Counted from the stretch's first letter, positions 28,888 through 40,045 are shown. The stretch is 64,000 bases of DNA from Candidatus Omnitrophota bacterium (GCA_016214285.1 JACROV010000079.1:6855-70854), one strand, 5' to 3'. The notes: a model not told the origin generated them from the sequence alone. Program-made: numbers and translations.

Positions 28888-28930
28888 CCCCCCGCGTTTC
28901 GTTTTGTCCTATCGGACAAAACGGCGGGGG
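28888..28930 (+). promoter_or_regulatory. Strong palindrome in the nirB leader (cccccgc..TTTTGTCCtatcGGACAAAA..gcggggg)
   Basis: 8-4-8 perfect inner palindrome with GC-rich outer arms. It ends about 20 nt before the nirB ATG and has no T-run. Confidence 0.45.
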
Positions 28931-28949
28931 TGACCGAGGGGGAATAAAG

Positions 28950-31448
28950 ATGCAAAAAAGACTGGTTGTCATCGGAAACGGTATGGCCGGAGCGCGGGTG
29001 GTCGAAGAGATCCTCAAGCGCGCGCCGGGGGTCTTTGAGATCGTCATGTTCGGCGCCGAGCCTTACGGCAATTACAACCGGATCCTGTTAAGTAACGTGC
29101 TCAATCAATCCCAAAAGCCGGAAGAGATCTTTCTCAATTCCCTAACGTGGTATCAGGGAAATAACATCCGTCTTCATGCCGGGGTCAAGGCGGTCAAGAT
29201 CGATGCCGGGCGCCGCTGTATCATCGGGTATCCTCTGCCGGCGGATGTCAATGCCTATGATTTTAGCGACGGCCTTTTTGACAAAGACGCCACCGTCATA
29301 GAGCCCTATGATAACGTTATTATTGCCACCGGATCGCGCCCTTTTGTCCCGCCGATCGAAGGCCAGGGCCTGCCCGGGGTGTTTTTGTTCCGCACCATCG
29401 ACGATTGCCGGCGTATCGCCGAATTCGCTCATGGCTGCCGCAAGGCCGCGGTCATCGGAGGAGGCTTGCTGGGGCTGGAAGCCGCGCGCGGATTATTGAC
29501 GCATAATGTGGACGTGACCGTCGTGGAAGCGGGCGGGCAGTTGATGAATGTCCAGCTTGATGAAGAATCCGGACAGATGCTCAGGCGCACCATGGAGGCG
29601 ATGGGGATCACGGTTGTCGTTAATGGCCGGACAAAGCGTATCCGTGAAGAGAATGGCAAGATCACCGGACTGGAATTTCAGGATGGCACTTCAATCGATG
29701 CCGATATGGTCGTCATCAGCGCCGGCATCCGGCCGATCACCGAGATCGCGCAGGTTTCCGGGATCACCGTCAACAAAGGTATTGTCTGCGACGACCACAT
29801 GCGCACCAATGTCCCGGAGATCTTCGCTTTGGGGGAATGCGTGGAGCATCGCGGGAAGATTTATGGCCTGGTGGACCCGATCTGGGAACAGGCCAGGGTG
29901 CTGGCGGATGTCATCACGGGGACCAACTCCCAGGCGCGCTATGAAGGATCGAAAACCGCGACGAAGCTGAAGGTCATGGGCGTCGAACTTGTTTCCATTG
30001 GCGCCAAAGACGCGGAAAAGCCCTCCGATGAACTGGTCGTTTATCGCGAACTCAAGCGTAATATTTACAAAAAAGTGGTCATCCGCGATGAGAAGATCCT
30101 TGGCGCGATCCTTTTGGGCGACACTGAATACGCGGACACGCTCATGCGGATGTTCCTGGCGGAGCAAAAGATCCCCGGGAACCCTTCGGAACTTTTGTTC
30201 GGCACCGTGACGGGAAGCGCTCTGGTCAACGCCGCGGACCTGCCCGACAACGCGCAGATCTGCAATTGTAACGGCGTGTGCAAAAAAGAGATCGTCGATG
30301 CCATCGTAAACGACAATTGCCAAAGTGTTTCCGCGGTCGGCGCCAAAACAAAGGCGGGCAAAGGCTGCGGTTCCTGCCGCAGCATGATCGCCCAGATCAT
30401 CGAATCGTGCGTGGGGAAGGTCTCTTATGACGCGTCGGAGCATTATTACGTGCCGGGGATCCCTCTAGAAAAATCCCAGCTGGTCGCGCAGATCCTGACG
30501 AAGAAATTGAGATCGGTCAGCGCCGTGTTCGCGGCCCTGGCCGACGGCAAAGAGGACGCGGACAGCAAGGTCGGTCTAGCGTCACTTTTGAAAACCCTTT
30601 GGCCGGGCGAGTATGAAGACGAGCGCGACGCGCGGTTCATCAACGACCGCGTGCACGCCAATATCCAAAGAGACGGGACGTTCTCCGTCATCCCCCGCGT
30701 TTACGCCGGCGTAACCACACCGGATGAACTGATGCGCATTGCCCAAGCCGCCGTTAAATATCAGGTCAAAATGGTCAAGATCACCGGCGGCCAGCGGATC
30801 GATTTGTTGGGGATCCAAAAGGCGGACCTGCCGGCGATCTGGAAAGATCTGGGGATGCCCAGCGGCCACGCGTACACGAAAGCCTTTCGCACCTGCAAGA
30901 GTTGCGTGGGCACGGATTTCTGCCGTTTTGGCCTGGGGGATTCCATCCAGCTCGCGCAAAACATTGAACGCCGTTTTCAGGGGATCGAATCGCCGCACAA
31001 GATGAAGCTGGCCACCGCGGGCTGTCCGCGGAATTGTTCGGAGGCCTATGTCAAAGACATCGGCGCGGTCGCCGTCGGCGAAGATAAATGGGAAATTTAT
31101 ATCGGCGGCGCGGCCGGTGGAACGGTGCGTAAAGGCGACTTTCTTTACACGGCGCAAGGCCATGAGGAAACCGTCAAGGTCGTCGGGAGGTTCATGCAAT
31201 ATTACCGCGAACATGCCAAATATCTGGAGCGTACTTACGGGTTCGTGGAGCGCGTGGGCATCGATGTTTTAAAGAACATTTTGGTGGAGGATTCCCTGGG
31301 GATCTGCGCCCGGCTCGATGCCAGAATTCAGGAGGCCGTGGACGCCTACCGGGATCCCTGGAAGGAAGCGGAGGTGCAGGCATATGAGCGCCAGTTTGAG
31401 GGGCCGCGCTTGGTGGAAGTCTTGAGGGAAGCGGAGAATAATGGTTAA
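28950..31448 (+). CDS. nirB: NAD(P)H-dependent nitrite reductase large subunit
   Basis: N-terminal FAD/NAD Rossmann fold (VVIGNGMAG), a BFD-like [2Fe-2S] module and a sirohaem/[4Fe-4S] domain. 832 aa. Confidence 0.9.
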   Translation: MQKRLVVIGNGMAGARVVEEILKRAPGVFEIVMFGAEPYGNYNRILLSNVLNQSQKPEEIFLNSLTWYQGNNIRLHAGVKAVKIDAGRRCIIGYPLPADVNAYDFSDGLFDKDATVIEPYDNVIIATGSRPFVPPIEGQGLPGVFLFRTIDDCRRIAEFAHGCRKAAVIGGGLLGLEAARGLLTHNVDVTVVEAGGQLMNVQLDEESGQMLRRTMEAMGITVVVNGRTKRIREENGKITGLEFQDGTSIDADMVVISAGIRPITEIAQVSGITVNKGIVCDDHMRTNVPEIFALGECVEHRGKIYGLVDPIWEQARVLADVITGTNSQARYEGSKTATKLKVMGVELVSIGAKDAEKPSDELVVYRELKRNIYKKVVIRDEKILGAILLGDTEYADTLMRMFLAEQKIPGNPSELLFGTVTGSALVNAADLPDNAQICNCNGVCKKEIVDAIVNDNCQSVSAVGAKTKAGKGCGSCRSMIAQIIESCVGKVSYDASEHYYVPGIPLEKSQLVAQILTKKLRSVSAVFAALADGKEDADSKVGLASLLKTLWPGEYEDERDARFINDRVHANIQRDGTFSVIPRVYAGVTTPDELMRIAQAAVKYQVKMVKITGGQRIDLLGIQKADLPAIWKDLGMPSGHAYTKAFRTCKSCVGTDFCRFGLGDSIQLAQNIERRFQGIESPHKMKLATAGCPRNCSEAYVKDIGAVAVGEDKWEIYIGGAAGGTVRKGDFLYTAQGHEETVKVVGRFMQYYREHAKYLERTYGFVERVGIDVLKNILVEDSLGICARLDARIQEAVDAYRDPWKEAEVQAYERQFEGPRLVEVLREAENNG

Positions 31449-31454
31449 ATCGCT

Positions 31455-31632
31455 TCAAAATTCGAAGCACGAAATCCGAAATTCGAAACAATACCAAAAC
31501 CCGAATGATCTAAATCTGAAACAGAGGGTTTCAATCGTTGTTGGAATTTAGCATTTAGAATTTGTTTCGTGTTTTCCGCCAAAGGCGGATCGGCCTCTGG
31601 CTGACGAGCTTCGGATTTCGAATTTAATTAAA
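31455..31632. repeat. MITE-like element, family A copy 3
   Basis: ttcgaagcacgaaatccgaaattcgaaacaa ... ttgtttcgtgttttccgccaaaggcggatcggcctctggctgacgagcttcggatttcgaattt. Confidence 0.7.
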
Positions 31633-31642
31633 GGGGTGATTT

Positions 31643-32005
31643 ATGAGGACATCGTATTTAGTCAATCTGGGGAATGTTAATGATATCCCTTTGGGGCAGG
31701 GCGCCTGTTATATCGTCAAAGGAGAAGAGATCGCGGTCTTTCGCGCGCGCGACGGCAAAGTTTCCGCTATCGCGAACAGATGCCCTCACCGTCAAGGCCC
31801 GTTATCGGAAGGTGTGGTCGGTAACGGCAAAGTCGTTTGTCCGTTGCATGGTCATAAGTTCGATCTTGCCTCGGGACAGGGCAGTGAAAAACATGAATGC
31901 GTCCGGGCCTTCGAGGCCTGGGAACAGTATGGGGAAATCATTTTAAGCTTTCCCTGTGAACTATTTAATAAAAACAAAAACGAAAGGAGCTCAGCATGTT
32001 TTTAA
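31643..32005 (+). CDS. nirD: Nitrite reductase small subunit (Rieske-like)
   Basis: CPH..GPL...CPLHG Rieske-type motifs. 120 aa. Confidence 0.85.
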   Translation: MRTSYLVNLGNVNDIPLGQGACYIVKGEEIAVFRARDGKVSAIANRCPHRQGPLSEGVVGNGKVVCPLHGHKFDLASGQGSEKHECVRAFEAWEQYGEIILSFPCELFNKNKNERSSACF

Positions 32006-33330
32006 AGAAATTTTTTGGGGTGATCGTCATTTTTGTAATTTTTTTGGCATTGGTCAGTACACCGGGTTTTGCCGCGCAACTGGAAAAAGATGAATTGACC
32101 CTCGGCTTTATCAAATTAACGGACTGCGCGCCAATCATTATCGCCAAGGAAAAAGGGTTTTTCGAACAGGAAGGGTTGTTCGTGACGCTCAAGGCCCAGG
32201 CGAACTGGAAGGTCTTGCTGGACGGGGTCATCAGCGGAGAATTGGACGGCGCCCATATGCTGGCGGGCCAGCCATTGGGCGCGACCATCGGGTTCGGAAC
32301 CAAAGGGAATGTCGTGACGGCCTTCAGCATGGATCTAAACGGCAACGCGACGACCGTTTCCAATGAAGTCTGGGCGCTGATGAAACCCGGCATCGCGCAG
32401 GAGGACGGCAAGCCCGTGCATCCGATCTCGGCCGAGGCGTTGAAACCGGCCATCGAGAAATACAAAAGCGAAGGGAAAAAATTTCAGATGGCCATGGTCT
32501 TTCCGGTATCGACCCATAATTATGAACTGCGTTATTGGCTGGCGGCGGCCGGCATCCACCCGGGATTTTATACTCCCACCGACATCACCGGAACCACCGA
32601 CGCCGACATCCTGATCTCCGTGACGCCTCCGCCGCAAATGCCCGCGACGCTGGAGGCGGGGACGATCTCCGGATATTCCGTCGGTGAGCCGTGGAACCAG
32701 CAGGCCGTGTTCAAAGGGATCGGCGTCCCGGTCATTACCGACTATGAGATCTGGAAAAACAACCCGGAGAAAGTGTTCGGGGTGACCAGGCAATGGGCCG
32801 AAAAGTATCCCAATACGCATGTGGCTGTCGTCAAGGCGCTCATCCGCGCCGGGCAATGGCTGGACGCGGACAACGGCAAAAACCGGGCGGAGGCGGCCAG
32901 GATCCTTTCAAAGCCCGAATATGTGGGGGCTGATTATGAAGTCATCGCCAATAGTATGACGGGCACGTTTGAATATGAAAAAGGTGACAAACGCTCCCTG
33001 CCGGATTTTAATGTCTTTTTCCGTTATTACGCGACGTACCCTTATTACAGCGACGCCATCTGGTACTTGACGCAGATGCGCCGCTGGGGGCAGATCCCGG
33101 AACCGAAGCCGGACAGCTGGTACACAGAAACGGCCAGGAAGGTTTATCTGCCGGAGGTTTGGCTTAAAGCGGCCAAGGCGCTCGTCGCGGAGGGCAAGAT
33201 GTCCGAATCGGATATCCCGCAGACCGATGGGTATAAGCCGGCGACCGGGGATTTTATCGACGGGGTCGTTTATGACGGGCGAAAACCGAACGAGTATTTG
33301 GCGAAATTTCCGATCGGCAACAAGAATTGA
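31996..33330 (+). CDS. nrtA: Nitrate/nitrite ABC transporter substrate-binding protein (NrtA/CmpA family)
   Basis: Signal peptide and NMT1/NrtA-like periplasmic-binding-protein fold. Its position after nirBD supports the call. Confidence 0.8.
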   Translation: MFLKKFFGVIVIFVIFLALVSTPGFAAQLEKDELTLGFIKLTDCAPIIIAKEKGFFEQEGLFVTLKAQANWKVLLDGVISGELDGAHMLAGQPLGATIGFGTKGNVVTAFSMDLNGNATTVSNEVWALMKPGIAQEDGKPVHPISAEALKPAIEKYKSEGKKFQMAMVFPVSTHNYELRYWLAAAGIHPGFYTPTDITGTTDADILISVTPPPQMPATLEAGTISGYSVGEPWNQQAVFKGIGVPVITDYEIWKNNPEKVFGVTRQWAEKYPNTHVAVVKALIRAGQWLDADNGKNRAEAARILSKPEYVGADYEVIANSMTGTFEYEKGDKRSLPDFNVFFRYYATYPYYSDAIWYLTQMRRWGQIPEPKPDSWYTETARKVYLPEVWLKAAKALVAEGKMSESDIPQTDGYKPATGDFIDGVVYDGRKPNEYLAKFPIGNKN

Positions 33331-33347
33331 AAAGACGAGAGAAAATC

Positions 33348-34355
33348 ATGAGCGATAGAATGATCAAGAATAAAAAAGGACAGGTGTCCCTGGGCGCGAC
33401 GGCGTTTCCCCCAAACGGACTCAGCTTAAAAGCGGGAGATATCCTTTTGAAACTTTGGGTCTCGCTGGGGATCCCGGTCGCGGCTTTTAGCATTTTTATC
33501 TGGCTGTGGTCGGCCGGCGCCGCCAGTGTCCAGACGAGCTTGGGGACACTCCCTGGGCCTCAAGCGGTATTTGCGCAGGCCGGAACATTATGGCAGGAAC
33601 ATTGGGAAGAAAAAGGAAAAGAAAAAGAATTCTATTTTAAGCAGCGGGAACAGAACGCACAAAAGCTGGCGCAGGATCCAGCTTATCAGGTGAAGGCACG
33701 CAAATATACCGGCAAACCGACGTATCTTGACCAGATCATCACCAGTCTTATTACGGTCTTTACCGGTTTTGTCATCGCGTCCCTGGTCGCCATCCCCATC
33801 GGTATTCTTTGCGGATTGAATCGCATCATCATGATCGCGTTTAATCCTTTCATTCAGATCTTCAAACCTGTTTCCCCGCTGGCTTGGCTGCCTTTGGTCA
33901 CGATGATCGTCAGTGCGGTTTATACGACGCAAAACGGCGGCATCGAGAAATGTTTTATCATCTCGGCGATCACGGTTTCGTTATGTTCTTTATGGCCGAC
34001 GCTGATCAACACGGCGCAGGGGGTATCTTCCATTGATAAGGATATCATCAACGTTTCCCGCGTCTTGAACCTCGGGTGGTTCACCCATGTTTTCAAGATC
34101 GTTTTGCCGTCATCATTGCCGCTGATATTTACCGGCTTAAGGATCTCTTTGGGTGTCGGGTGGATGGTCCTGATCGCGTCCGAAATGCTGGCCCAGAATC
34201 CGGGGCTGGGAAAATTTGTCTGGGACGAATTCCAGAACGGGAGCAGTAATTCGCTGGCCCGAATTATGGTGGCGGTCTTGACGATCGGGGTCCTCGGTTT
34301 TATTTTAGACCGCCTGATGGTCTTATTGCAGAAAACGGTCAACTTTCAAAAATAG
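33348..34355 (+). CDS. nrtB: Nitrate ABC transporter permease
   Basis: BPD_transp_1 permease with an EAA-like loop. The ATG at 33348 is preferred over the listed TTG at 33327. Confidence 0.8.
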   Translation: MSDRMIKNKKGQVSLGATAFPPNGLSLKAGDILLKLWVSLGIPVAAFSIFIWLWSAGAASVQTSLGTLPGPQAVFAQAGTLWQEHWEEKGKEKEFYFKQREQNAQKLAQDPAYQVKARKYTGKPTYLDQIITSLITVFTGFVIASLVAIPIGILCGLNRIIMIAFNPFIQIFKPVSPLAWLPLVTMIVSAVYTTQNGGIEKCFIISAITVSLCSLWPTLINTAQGVSSIDKDIINVSRVLNLGWFTHVFKIVLPSSLPLIFTGLRISLGVGWMVLIASEMLAQNPGLGKFVWDEFQNGSSNSLARIMVAVLTIGVLGFILDRLMVLLQKTVNFQK

Positions 34356-34366
34356 GATATAGCTTT

Positions 34367-35230
34367 ATGGCTTTTCTGGAATTAAATAATGTTTCGAAAT
34401 CGTACGTGAGCGGCCCTGGGGGCAAGCGGCTTCCGGTCCTTGAGAACATCAACCTCAAGGTCGAGGAAGGGGAATTCATCGCTATCGTTGGATTTTCCGG
34501 GAGCGGAAAGACGACGCTGATCTCTTTGATCGCCGGGCTGCTGAACCCTGATGAGGGGGAGATCCTTTTGCGTGGTCAACCCGTTTTAAGCCCAGGTCCT
34601 GACCGTGGGGTTGTTTTTCAGAATTACTCTCTTCTGCCGTGGCTGTCGGTCTACGGCAATGTCCGTTTGGCCGTCGGGAAGGCTTTTCCCTCGTGGTTGC
34701 CGCGGCAAAAAGACCGGCAGACGCACAAGTTCATTGATCTGGTCAAATTGACCCCGGCCGTCGCCAAATATCCGCGTGAATTGTCCGGAGGGATGCGTCA
34801 GCGCGTTGCCGTGGCCCGCGCTTTGGCGATGAATCCGCAAATGCTTTTGCTGGATGAGCCGCTAAGCGCGCTCGATGCCCTGACGCGCGCGACCCTGCAG
34901 GATGAGATCGAAAAGATCTGGGAAAAAGAACGCAAGACGGTCATCCTGATCACCAATGACGTTGATGAAGGTATCCTTTTGGCGGACCGGATTATTCCGC
35001 TCAACCCTGGCCCATCCGCGACGCTGGGGCCGGAATTTCCCATAACCCTGCCCCGGCCGCGCAACCGTCAGCAGTTGAACCATGACGCGCGTTACAAAAT
35101 GATCCGCAACCAGATCATCGAATATCTGATGGACGTGCGCGGGGATGTCGCCGGGTTCCGTGTCCCTGAAGATCTGGTTTTGCCTGATCTGGAGCCGCGA
35201 TATGTCAGCTCCGACTCGCTGAAAGGATGA
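34367..35230 (+). CDS. nrtC: Nitrate ABC transporter ATP-binding protein
   Basis: Walker [10 protein letters not shown], signature [14 protein letters not shown], Walker B LLLDEP. Confidence 0.85.
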   Translation: MAFLELNNVSKSYVSGPGGKRLPVLENINLKVEEGEFIAIVGFSGSGKTTLISLIAGLLNPDEGEILLRGQPVLSPGPDRGVVFQNYSLLPWLSVYGNVRLAVGKAFPSWLPRQKDRQTHKFIDLVKLTPAVAKYPRELSGGMRQRVAVARALAMNPQMLLLDEPLSALDALTRATLQDEIEKIWEKERKTVILITNDVDEGILLADRIIPLNPGPSATLGPEFPITLPRPRNRQQLNHDARYKMIRNQIIEYLMDVRGDVAGFRVPEDLVLPDLEPRYVSSDSLKG

Positions 35231-36036
35231 TCTTGATGGAATCGTCGGTATTGCAGTTTGAACGGATCTCCAAGGTTTACCCGGTTCCTAAAGGCGGGGA
35301 ATACGTTGTGCTGGAGCAATTCGATCTGAACATTGCCAAGGGAGAATTCGTCGCGGTCATCGGGCATTCGGGCTGCGGGAAATCGACGGCGTTGATGATC
35401 GCCGCGGGGCTTCTTCCCATGAGTGGTGGATATGTCTTTTTGAAAAGCCGCGAGATCGTCGGGCCGGGGCCGGACCGGGGGGTCGTGTTCCAAGGGCCGA
35501 GTCTTCTGCCATGGTTAAGCGCCCTGGAGAACGTGATGCTGGGCGTGAATCAGGTCTTTCCCAACGCGCCCGGGAAGCAAAAGGAAGATGTCGCGCGATA
35601 CTATCTTCACCGCGTCGGGTTATCCGAGAGCATGAAGAAAAAGGCCGCGGACCTCTCCAGCTGGATGAAATAGCGGGTGGCCATCGCCCGGGCGTTCGCT
35701 TTAAAGCCGAAAGTTTTGCTGCTCGATGAGCCTTTCGGCATGCTGGATTCCATGACGCGCTTCGAACTGCAGGAAGTTTTGATGGAGGTCTGGTCGCGGG
35801 AACAGATCACCGCCATGCTGGTCACGCACGATATTGACGAAGCGTTATTTTTGTCCGACCGTGTCGTGATGATGACCAACGGCCCCCGCGCCAAAGTCGG
35901 CGATATTCTGGAAGTGCCCTTCGCCCGGCCGCGGCTGCGCAAGGACGTCATCGAGCACCCGGATTATTACCGGTACCGGGGATATTTGACGGATTTTTTG
36001 GAGAATGCGGATAAAAATGTTACAAACACAAAATAA
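35227..36036 (+). pseudogene. nrtD: Second nitrate ABC ATPase (nrtD-like), interrupted by an in-frame TAG at 35671-35673 within a degenerate signature motif
   Basis: Walker A GHSGCGKST is intact. The signature reads LSSWMK*RVAIARA where LSGGMKQR is expected. The downstream frame (Walker [13 protein letters not shown]-loop TH) continues as listed ORF 35677..36036. Confidence 0.6.
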
Positions 36037-36039
36037 TAA

Positions 36040-36350
36040 TATGTTTGCCTCTCTGCTCGCATGGACGTTTATTTTTCCCTCCCGAAGGGAGCCTATCGGC
36101 CAGCGAGGAAAAATAAACTCGACATTCGGCCTCGCTCTCCCGGGGAGTCAGAGCGCGGGGGAACCATGCCCGCTCGGCCTCATGACGCCATGCTCACAGA
36201 GAGTCAAACATGTCCCGAACAAAAGGTCACTGGTCGATACCAATCCGCAGTGAGCGTGCTAGCGAACGGAGGATTGGTATCGACAACGATGGCGAATCTG
36301 GGCGCAAAGGTTTAATCGCCGGAATGGTTATCCGTTAACTATCATAAAAG
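36040..36350 (+). repeat. Structured intergenic element, family C copy 2
   Basis: Collinear with 11725-12068. Shared blocks: ccctcccg.agggagccta, aaaggtcac.ggtc.ata.ccaatccg, ggattgg.at.gacaacga.ggcgaatc, ggtttaatcgccggaatg.ttatc. Confidence 0.55.
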
Positions 36351-36363
36351 AGGAGAGAGGAAT

Positions 36364-37698
36364 ATGAAAAAACACGTTCTGGTATGTCTTTCATTAATGT
36401 TGGCTGGTTTTGCTCAACCCGCCCACGCGGGGGAATTGTTGAACAAGCATCTGCCGTCGTATCTGAAGGCGGACATCGAGTTTCGCCACCGGATGGAGTA
36501 CCGGCAGAATTTCGATTTTAACGACAACGCGGACGACGAGGACGCGTTCGATCTTCTGCGCAGCCGCCTGACCCTGCAATGGATCCCGGTCAAAACGGTC
36601 AAATTGTTCACGCAATGGCAGGATTCGCGCATCGCCAATGATGAATTCGCCAACAAAACGACCTTCGAGAATTTCATGGACCTGCGCCAGCTCTATGTCG
36701 ATTACGAGGACGCCATTTTGATCGACGCGATCAATATGAATAAATTATCCCTGCGCGCCGGGCGTCAGGAATTTTCTTACGGGGCGCAGCGGTTGTTGGG
36801 CGGGTTCAACTGGTCGAACATTGCCCAGACCTTCGACGGCGGGAAGCTGGGCGCGCATTTTTCCACGTTTCATACGCAATTGGACATTTTCGCCGGAGAG
36901 AAGACCAACAATAAAAGTCCCCGGCAGGCCGACGATCTTTTCGACGGTTCCAACAAGGACAGGATCTGGGCGTATTACGCGACGGCCAAGGCCTTTGGTG
37001 AAACGTTGATCGAGAACTATCTTATCCGGCGTGCCACGTATAAAAACATCTCTTTCGGTCCCGGCGGTTCCAGCGAGATCGATGATTATACTTTCGGCGG
37101 CCGGCTGAAGAAGTCTTTCTCCAATGGCGTTGATTATGAGTTGGAGGCGGCTGGCCAGTGGGGGGATTTTCGCGACCAAGACGTCGCCGCCATGATGGCG
37201 GTTGGCATCCTGGGGTATACTTTCCAGGCGCCCTGGCAGCCGCGTGTCGCTTTTGAGTTTGATTACGGCTCGGGCGATTCGGATCCCACGGACGGCAAAC
37301 TGACAACTTTCGATAACTTGTATCCGACCAATCATCTTTTTTACGGATTCATGGATTTTATCAGTTTGCAGAACCTCAATGATTATCGTTTTCAGGTCAG
37401 CGCCAAGCCTCACAAGAAACTGAAATTGCAGGCGGATCTTCACCTGATCTCCCTGGACACCCCGAAGGATTCCTTTTATTCGGCGGGCCGCGCGGTGACC
37501 CGCACGGCGGCGGCGAGCCTTTCGGGCGTCAGTCCGCACGTGGGCAACGAGATCGATCTGACGGCCGATTATAAGATAAATAATTACGTGAATGTGCACG
37601 CGGGGTATTCGCGCTTTTTCGCCGGAAAATATCTCCAGGAAACGGGAGCCAACGATGACGCTGATTTTGCCTATGTCCAGACGACGCTTTCGTTATGA
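36364..37698 (+). CDS. Outer-membrane beta-barrel porin (alginate-export/AlgE-like family)
   Basis: Signal peptide. Alginate_exp-like sequence with alternating amphipathic beta-strands. It directly follows the nitrate-uptake operon. Confidence 0.65.
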   Translation: MKKHVLVCLSLMLAGFAQPAHAGELLNKHLPSYLKADIEFRHRMEYRQNFDFNDNADDEDAFDLLRSRLTLQWIPVKTVKLFTQWQDSRIANDEFANKTTFENFMDLRQLYVDYEDAILIDAINMNKLSLRAGRQEFSYGAQRLLGGFNWSNIAQTFDGGKLGAHFSTFHTQLDIFAGEKTNNKSPRQADDLFDGSNKDRIWAYYATAKAFGETLIENYLIRRATYKNISFGPGGSSEIDDYTFGGRLKKSFSNGVDYELEAAGQWGDFRDQDVAAMMAVGILGYTFQAPWQPRVAFEFDYGSGDSDPTDGKLTTFDNLYPTNHLFYGFMDFISLQNLNDYRFQVSAKPHKKLKLQADLHLISLDTPKDSFYSAGRAVTRTAAASLSGVSPHVGNEIDLTADYKINNYVNVHAGYSRFFAGKYLQETGANDDADFAYVQTTLSL

Positions 37699-37747
37699 CC
37701 GCCGAAGGTATTAGAGATAAACGGAAGTAAACGAGGAGATAAACGTT

Positions 37748-38860
37748 TTAGTTTAGCGAGCGGGTTTCGATAATGGTCATGGCCATGGCCGCGAAGATGA
37801 CCGGCGTTATCCAGGCCGCCAGGATCGGCGGGAAAAATCCACCCTTGCCGAAGGCAAGGCTCACCGCGTTGACCACGTAGTACAAAAATCCCACGCATAC
37901 CGCCAGCCCCAGCGCCGTGAAGGTCGCCCCTTTGCGGCTTTTGAACATGAGGGCGAAGGGAAGTCCCGCCAGAACGATCACCACATTTCCGACAGGGAAA
38001 GCGATGCGCTGATGCATATCCACGCGCAGGCTCTGCAGGGCTTTGTGCGCGCCGCTGGAGGCGAATTTGGCGATGTATTCGTTTAACTGCCGGATGTTCA
38101 TCGACGAGACATTGAGCCGCTGCTTAAGAAAATCCTCCGGTGTTTCCTTGATATCCATCAGCTTTTCCTTGTAGACCTTGATCTTGACCGGGCTGGTGAG
38201 ATTAACGGGATTAAATATCGTAATCTGGCACTGGTAGAATTTCCAGGCGATCCCCGTCCAGGCGCCTTTGAGGGCGACGATCTTTTGCTGGATGTTCTGG
38301 TCCTGGTCATGCTCGATGATGGTGATCCCTTCGAGCGTTTGTTCGCGCGGGTTGTAGCGATCGATGAAATAGAGCCGGTTCTTGAGCCCGTAAAAGGTCA
38401 GGTTGCGGATGACTTCGGTGTTTTTGCGCATTTTGTCGGCCTGCAGGATGATGTTTTCATCGCGGATCTTCTCGGTCGTAGCGGCGGCGCCGGGGACGAT
38501 CCGTTCATTGACGAAAAAGACCGCGGCCGCGACCAAAAGGCTGAAAACAATGGCGGGGCGGGTGATCTGCCAGAAATTTAACCCGCTGGAGCGCATGGCG
38601 ATGATCTCGTTATGGTTGTTGAGAGTGCTGAAGGTCAGCAGGACCCCGATCAAACAGGCGATGGAAGAAGTCTGCACCAGGATGACGGGGAAAAAGGACA
38701 TGTAATACTTGCTCAGAATGTCCATGGAAAGCTTGCGGTTGATGATCTCATCAAGGTTGCTCGTAATATCGATGAGGATATACAAGAAGCAAAAGATCAG
38801 GACCGTCAGGCAGAAGATCTTGACGATGGATCTGGTGATATGGCGTTCTAGGATACGCAT
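37748..38860 (-). CDS. lptG: LPS export permease LptG/LptF family (YjgP/YjgQ)
   Basis: Six-TM YjgP/YjgQ family with a periplasmic beta-jellyroll insert. Start MRILERH; the listed ORF runs to 38920. Confidence 0.8.
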   Translation of the reverse strand: MRILERHITRSIVKIFCLTVLIFCFLYILIDITSNLDEIINRKLSMDILSKYYMSFFPVILVQTSSIACLIGVLLTFSTLNNHNEIIAMRSSGLNFWQITRPAIVFSLLVAAAVFFVNERIVPGAAATTEKIRDENIILQADKMRKNTEVIRNLTFYGLKNRLYFIDRYNPREQTLEGITIIEHDQDQNIQQKIVALKGAWTGIAWKFYQCQITIFNPVNLTSPVKIKVYKEKLMDIKETPEDFLKQRLNVSSMNIRQLNEYIAKFASSGAHKALQSLRVDMHQRIAFPVGNVVIVLAGLPFALMFKSRKGATFTALGLAVCVGFLYYVVNAVSLAFGKGGFFPPILAAWITPVIFAAMAMTIIETRSLN

Positions 38861-39933
38861 TTTTGATTCAGGATAAAGGCCCCGATCCCGGCCAGGACAT
38901 TGGGTGTCCACATGACCCATGCCGCGGGGGCGATATTCTGGATGCTCAACGCCTCACAGCCCAGCGACAACAGATAATACAGCGCGGCGAACGCGACCGC
39001 GATGACGATGTTGGCGGATTTTTCCCGCCGGTGGGTGATCACGGCGGCCGGAAATCCCAGCAGGATAAAGATCAGCGAGGCGAACGACCAGGTGATCTTG
39101 CGGTGATACTCCGTGCGCAGCTGGACGGTATCGATCAGCAGCCGTTCATGTTCTTCGATCTGCGCGCGCAGTTCCTTGAGCGTCATCCCTCTGGGTTTTT
39201 TTTCGACTTCTTTCTTTTCTTTGGACAGGTCCAGGGTGATGAAATAATTCTTAAAATTCAGTTTATAGAAATTTTCCGGGTTCTCCAGGTTCGGCTCGTC
39301 GGAGGTGCCATCCATGAGCTTGAGTTTGACCTGGTCTTTGCCCGGCACGGCGGTAAATTCCCCGCGTTTGGCGATGATGGTACGCGTCGGCCGGTCGGGC
39401 TGCGGCTGGTAAATGGTGACGTTGTACATTTTATTGTCTTCGATCTTGTGGATGAAGAGGATCTGGTTTTCGAAGGCGTGGATAAAAAGCCCCGGCTCTA
39501 AAAGCGCGGCCGGGTTTTCGGTGCCGAGATTTTTCAGGAGCTTGCGTTGCTCGTAATAGGCGTAGGGAATGATGCGTTCGTTCAAGACGACCGCCAGAAG
39601 GCTGATCACGATTCCGACGACGCATAGCGATATCAGGATCCCTCCCAAATGGACGCCGCTGGAGCGTATGGCCAGGATCTCATTATCGACCGATAACCGG
39701 CTGAAGGTGAAGATGACGCTCACCAGGCACGCGATGGGAAGCGTGTAGCCTAAAAGGACGGGAATATAAAGTAAAAATACGTGCCCGATGGTCGCCGGGT
39801 TTATTCCTTTATTGATCACGAGGTTAGCCATCTGGATAAGATTGCCCAGAAGAAAAACGCAGGTCAAGACGACCAGAGACAGGAGGAAGGGGATGATGCA
39901 TTCTTTCAAGATGTAGGAGCGGAGGATTTTCAT
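38848..39933 (-). CDS. lptF: LPS export permease LptF/LptG family (YjgP/YjgQ)
   Basis: Paralogue of the downstream gene. Start MKILRSY; the listed ORF runs to 40035. Confidence 0.8.
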   Translation of the reverse strand: MKILRSYILKECIIPFLLSLVVLTCVFLLGNLIQMANLVINKGINPATIGHVFLLYIPVLLGYTLPIACLVSVIFTFSRLSVDNEILAIRSSGVHLGGILISLCVVGIVISLLAVVLNERIIPYAYYEQRKLLKNLGTENPAALLEPGLFIHAFENQILFIHKIEDNKMYNVTIYQPQPDRPTRTIIAKRGEFTAVPGKDQVKLKLMDGTSDEPNLENPENFYKLNFKNYFITLDLSKEKKEVEKKPRGMTLKELRAQIEEHERLLIDTVQLRTEYHRKITWSFASLIFILLGFPAAVITHRREKSANIVIAVAFAALYYLLSLGCEALSIQNIAPAAWVMWTPNVLAGIGAFILNQKCVS

Positions 39934-39939
39934 AAAAGA

Positions 39940-40045
39940 AAATTGGGAATGGTTATCCGGAAATCCGGTTATCCGTAACTTGGAGATCCGGCTACCCGGA
40001 TATCCGGATGCCCCAGTCCCGGATTCCCGGATCATCGGATATCCC
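39940..40045. promoter_or_regulatory. Cluster of GGTTATCCGG / CCGGATATCCGG-type repeats in the lptF upstream region
   Basis: gggaatggttatccggaaatccggttatccgtaacttggagatccggctacccggatatccggatgccccagtcccggattcccggatcatcggatatcccg. A related perfect palindrome ccggttatccggataaccgg lies at 52971-52990. Confidence 0.5.

Noticed and set aside
29691-31214. Reverse-strand ORFs (250 and 210 aa) inside nirB.
   Set aside because: Antisense artefacts.
35671-35673. The in-frame TAG in nrtD could be stop-codon reassignment (amber read as Gln).
   Set aside because: TAG terminates several well-conserved genes in this window (ispD, cysE), so the standard code applies. It is a pseudogene or an error.
36745-37599. 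284-aa reverse-strand ORF opposite the porin gene.
   Set aside because: Antisense, Arg-rich low-complexity translation.
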